NCBI GenBank assembly: GCA_045579055.1
Contig: JAZNLK010000136.1
Location: 10,732-74,731 of the forward strand
Direction of reading: 5' to 3'
DNA: 64,000 nucleotides
DNA from: Clostridia bacterium
GTDB lineage: Bacteria > Bacillota > Clostridia > Monoglobales > Monoglobaceae
Shown here: positions 63,201-64,000 of the stretch, in pieces
Layout: each line of letters opens with the position of its first letter
How positions within the stretch are numbered: the stretch's first letter is position 1
Position numbers and translations under genes: made by a program
The notes under the pieces: model-generated
Databases searched by the model: none
What the model was told of the DNA's origin: nothing
Seen by the model: only the letters and a program-made list of their open reading frames with translations

Positions 63201-64000
63201 ATCTCGCCACCGCCTTCACCTTCGCCGCCTTCGCCGCCTTCACCGCCTTCGTCAGCAGCTTTTGGAGCATACGCCTGGAATGTGCTGACAGACAGACGAG
63301 TGTACTTCTGTTCGGGGGATGCACAAGGCTTAATAATGCCAACCCATGAATACAAATTATCCTTAAATTCATCGGGAACATCAAAAACAATCAAGCCTGA
63401 ATTACTCTGACCGTCCAAAGGAGTTACCGTCACTTCGGCAAGAACATCATAATCCGCTTCCGAATAGATGTTTTTTGCTGAGGTATAGCTATCAGTTGCA
63501 ACAATTTTGAAATAGTTAATATAGTCCTGAGAAGGAGGTGCACTCTGATACGCCACATGACTGAGCTTTGTGGGGGTGCCAAGGTTCACCATCATTCTGA
63601 TTGGAGACTCCTTTGCGGCAGTGGTTCCCGTAGATGTACTCTTGTCTCCATCAAGGAGATTTGCTCCAATTACGCCTCTGCTTTCAAGATATCTCGTATA
63701 ATCCATACTATCCGCAAGACTGCTGATGAGTATGCTCTTGTCGGAAGTTGTAGCAAGTGCCACATTTTGTGCATCTGTATAAGCTTCGTCTGATGAATAT
63801 ACTTCAATCTCCGCAAACCCGAAGGCTGTTTCGGTTTCCTCTGCCGCACGTTCAAAAACAAGATAGCGGTATGCTGTTTCAGAATCCTCAACCGTCACAT
63901 TGCCGTCACCAATTGTCTCAACAGCCGCAATCTGACTTTTGCCTTTATACACGTTGACTTCTGCACCGTAAATTGTAATATTATCCGCAGAACCGTCCTC
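60266..64000 (-). CDS. Surface protein B0 (more than 1244 aa, 5' end outside the window): repeated discoidin-like modules, Ig-like/helical region, poly-Gly linker and a C-terminal SLH triplet
   Basis: The reading frame stays open from 63952 to the window end (..EDGSADNITIYGAEVNVYKGK..), so the GTG at 63952 is internal. It contains (EGG)n and G7 linkers. SLH repeats are present (FSDIGAYSWAEAAI.., YSDCKVGEWYYPFV.., FADSANISDYAKDAV..). Confidence 0.8.
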   Translation of the reverse strand, partial: EDGSADNITIYGAEVNVYKGKSQIAAVETIGDGNVTVEDSETAYRYLVFERAAEETETAFGFAEIEVYSSDEAYTDAQNVALATTSDKSILISSLADSMDYTRYLESRGVIGANLLDGDKSTSTGTTAAKESPIRMMVNLGTPTKLSHVAYQSAPPSQDYINYFKIVATDSYTSAKNIYSEADYDVLAEVTVTPLDGQSNSGLIVFDVPDEFKDNLYSWVGIIKPCASPEQKYTRLSVSTFQAYAPKAADEGGEGGEGGEGEGGGEIIPDDGFDLSQYSDVAAGKPSFALSSDEGTAPRQALDGNAETYWKAKNFESNSEQLIVDLGDTYTVKGIGILPAFSGSADNMTVYGVSDLLFKDKTAILNVGTIDSEELYVEEATSGEFRYIIFERSAAAEDTDFAIAEVAVYVPNAEAENDATSGSVSLMTLNKPIFMSNLANSHDNTSKYNESKKAGFNDDNPTTSAGDATSETAPMRIITDMGMDVKLSHVAVQVKNSSADYGNAFKIVATDSYSSAKDNFNEGHYDVIAVVDTLNRDSAKDSGLVVVEVPDALKDNKYRYVGVIKPHATNLTGAANNFNRLEISTLQAYANSSDICDLVAETGDSYIISDINASVSDTELRIKTQLLNGEDAHKLIGIFVRNTADGAETLYAESTVAHAGAPNSLEITAEVENGTSGTWEAALIKGREIIKYYENLRRQTERPAYEGDNEGAIEYNQIGTSISASISADCSVMAMVILKPGADAESFGADDIFAHIIAKSPKNDNSEWKYTFDYTMPSDAAEGEYGVVFATDNPDSVLSESSYVFANTDTSAVVSDFENVTEENFAELVRENSGFFGTVSDELLASETMAKSFMLAKDGIEKGLFDENIENWNSVEAITAAAKAAIVIDGAFFDSDADITPYIGSMPDVFTDSYDEEEFMEILGAVQKSAPTTAKAAAKAIGRASALCLVANGSQEDIVYALENYSEQLGIEESTLETKYSMLDIAKKLSKNMSIVKADYADGMDKEVSDILDELKSKDKVTATEKGHSSSGGGGGGGMNLGGVSPVVIPQVNVDAVTQKPQSGFSDIGAYSWAEAAITELSQRGIIAGKGNGLFDPSGTLTREETVKLLILAMELTTDGLGENNYSDCKVGEWYYPFVTAAKVNELVYGVSKQDFGVGMKVTRQDLAVMLNRAIAKMGIEYDGETSEFADSANISDYAKDAVNTLNGLGIINGYTDGSFKPMGNATRAEAAVIFHRFLNIIEK

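Noticed and set aside
63950-63952. Start codon for B0 at 63952.
   Set aside because: The codon is GTG and the frame remains open to nt 64000. The upstream residues (EDGSADNITIYGAEVN) match the internal repeat pattern (SGSADNMTVYGVSDL). The gene continues beyond the window.
1-64000. Mobile genetic elements, prophage, rRNA/tRNA genes and riboswitches.
   Set aside because: I recognised no transposase, integrase, recombinase, phage structural gene, tRNA cloverleaf or rRNA-like conserved block in any frame or intergenic region. Absence is judged by eye only. tRNAscan-SE, Infernal and ISfinder would be needed to be certain.

Overview
The window looks like a Clostridia-type (Firmicutes) chromosome segment. 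The evidence is GGAGG-type ribosome-binding sites, Gram-positive signal peptides and many S-layer-homology (SLH) proteins. It is dominated by carbohydrate utilisation genes and very large cell-surface proteins. I found no rRNA, tRNA, CRISPR array, transposase, integrase or phage genes.

Layout:
- 1-9.2 kb: a 5'-truncated GH38 alpha-mannosidase, then a hexuronate operon on the minus strand (uxaB-uxaA-GH2 glucuronidase-like-uxaC) with a divergent AraC regulator.
- 9.4-18.2 kb: a 2373-aa vWA / Listeria-Bacteroides-repeat / SLH adhesin. A small Cys-containing ORF overlaps its start, and a LuxR-type regulator lies upstream.
- 18.3-22.7 kb: miscellaneous genes (DUF4432 mutarotase-like, SPFH/zinc-ribbon, MBL hydrolase, DUF4145/HsdR_N nuclease-like fragment).
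- 23.1-28.9 kb: a plus-strand cluster of a cytoplasmic FG-GAP double-propeller protein, a GH130 mannoside phosphorylase, a HAD enzyme and a GmhA-like SIS isomerase.
- 29-64 kb: two paralogous minus-strand surface-protein cassettes, locus A (31.2-44.2 kb) and locus B (47.2 to beyond 64 kb). A GH2 gene and an AraC regulator sit between them.

Each cassette combines three protein classes: a giant secreted protein of several jelly-roll domains plus a BNR/Asp-box propeller, SLH-anchored proteins, and small secreted lectin-like proteins.

A 29-bp direct-repeat motif occurs four times. In three copies it sits 6-7 nt upstream of a minus-strand -35 box, and one of those copies also overlaps the AraC gene's own promoter. 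I read it as a candidate AraC-type operator that links these genes.

The paralogous cassettes, their shared C-terminal module and this operator are the most interesting and least described content of the window. All functional calls come from motif recognition by eye, with no database search.
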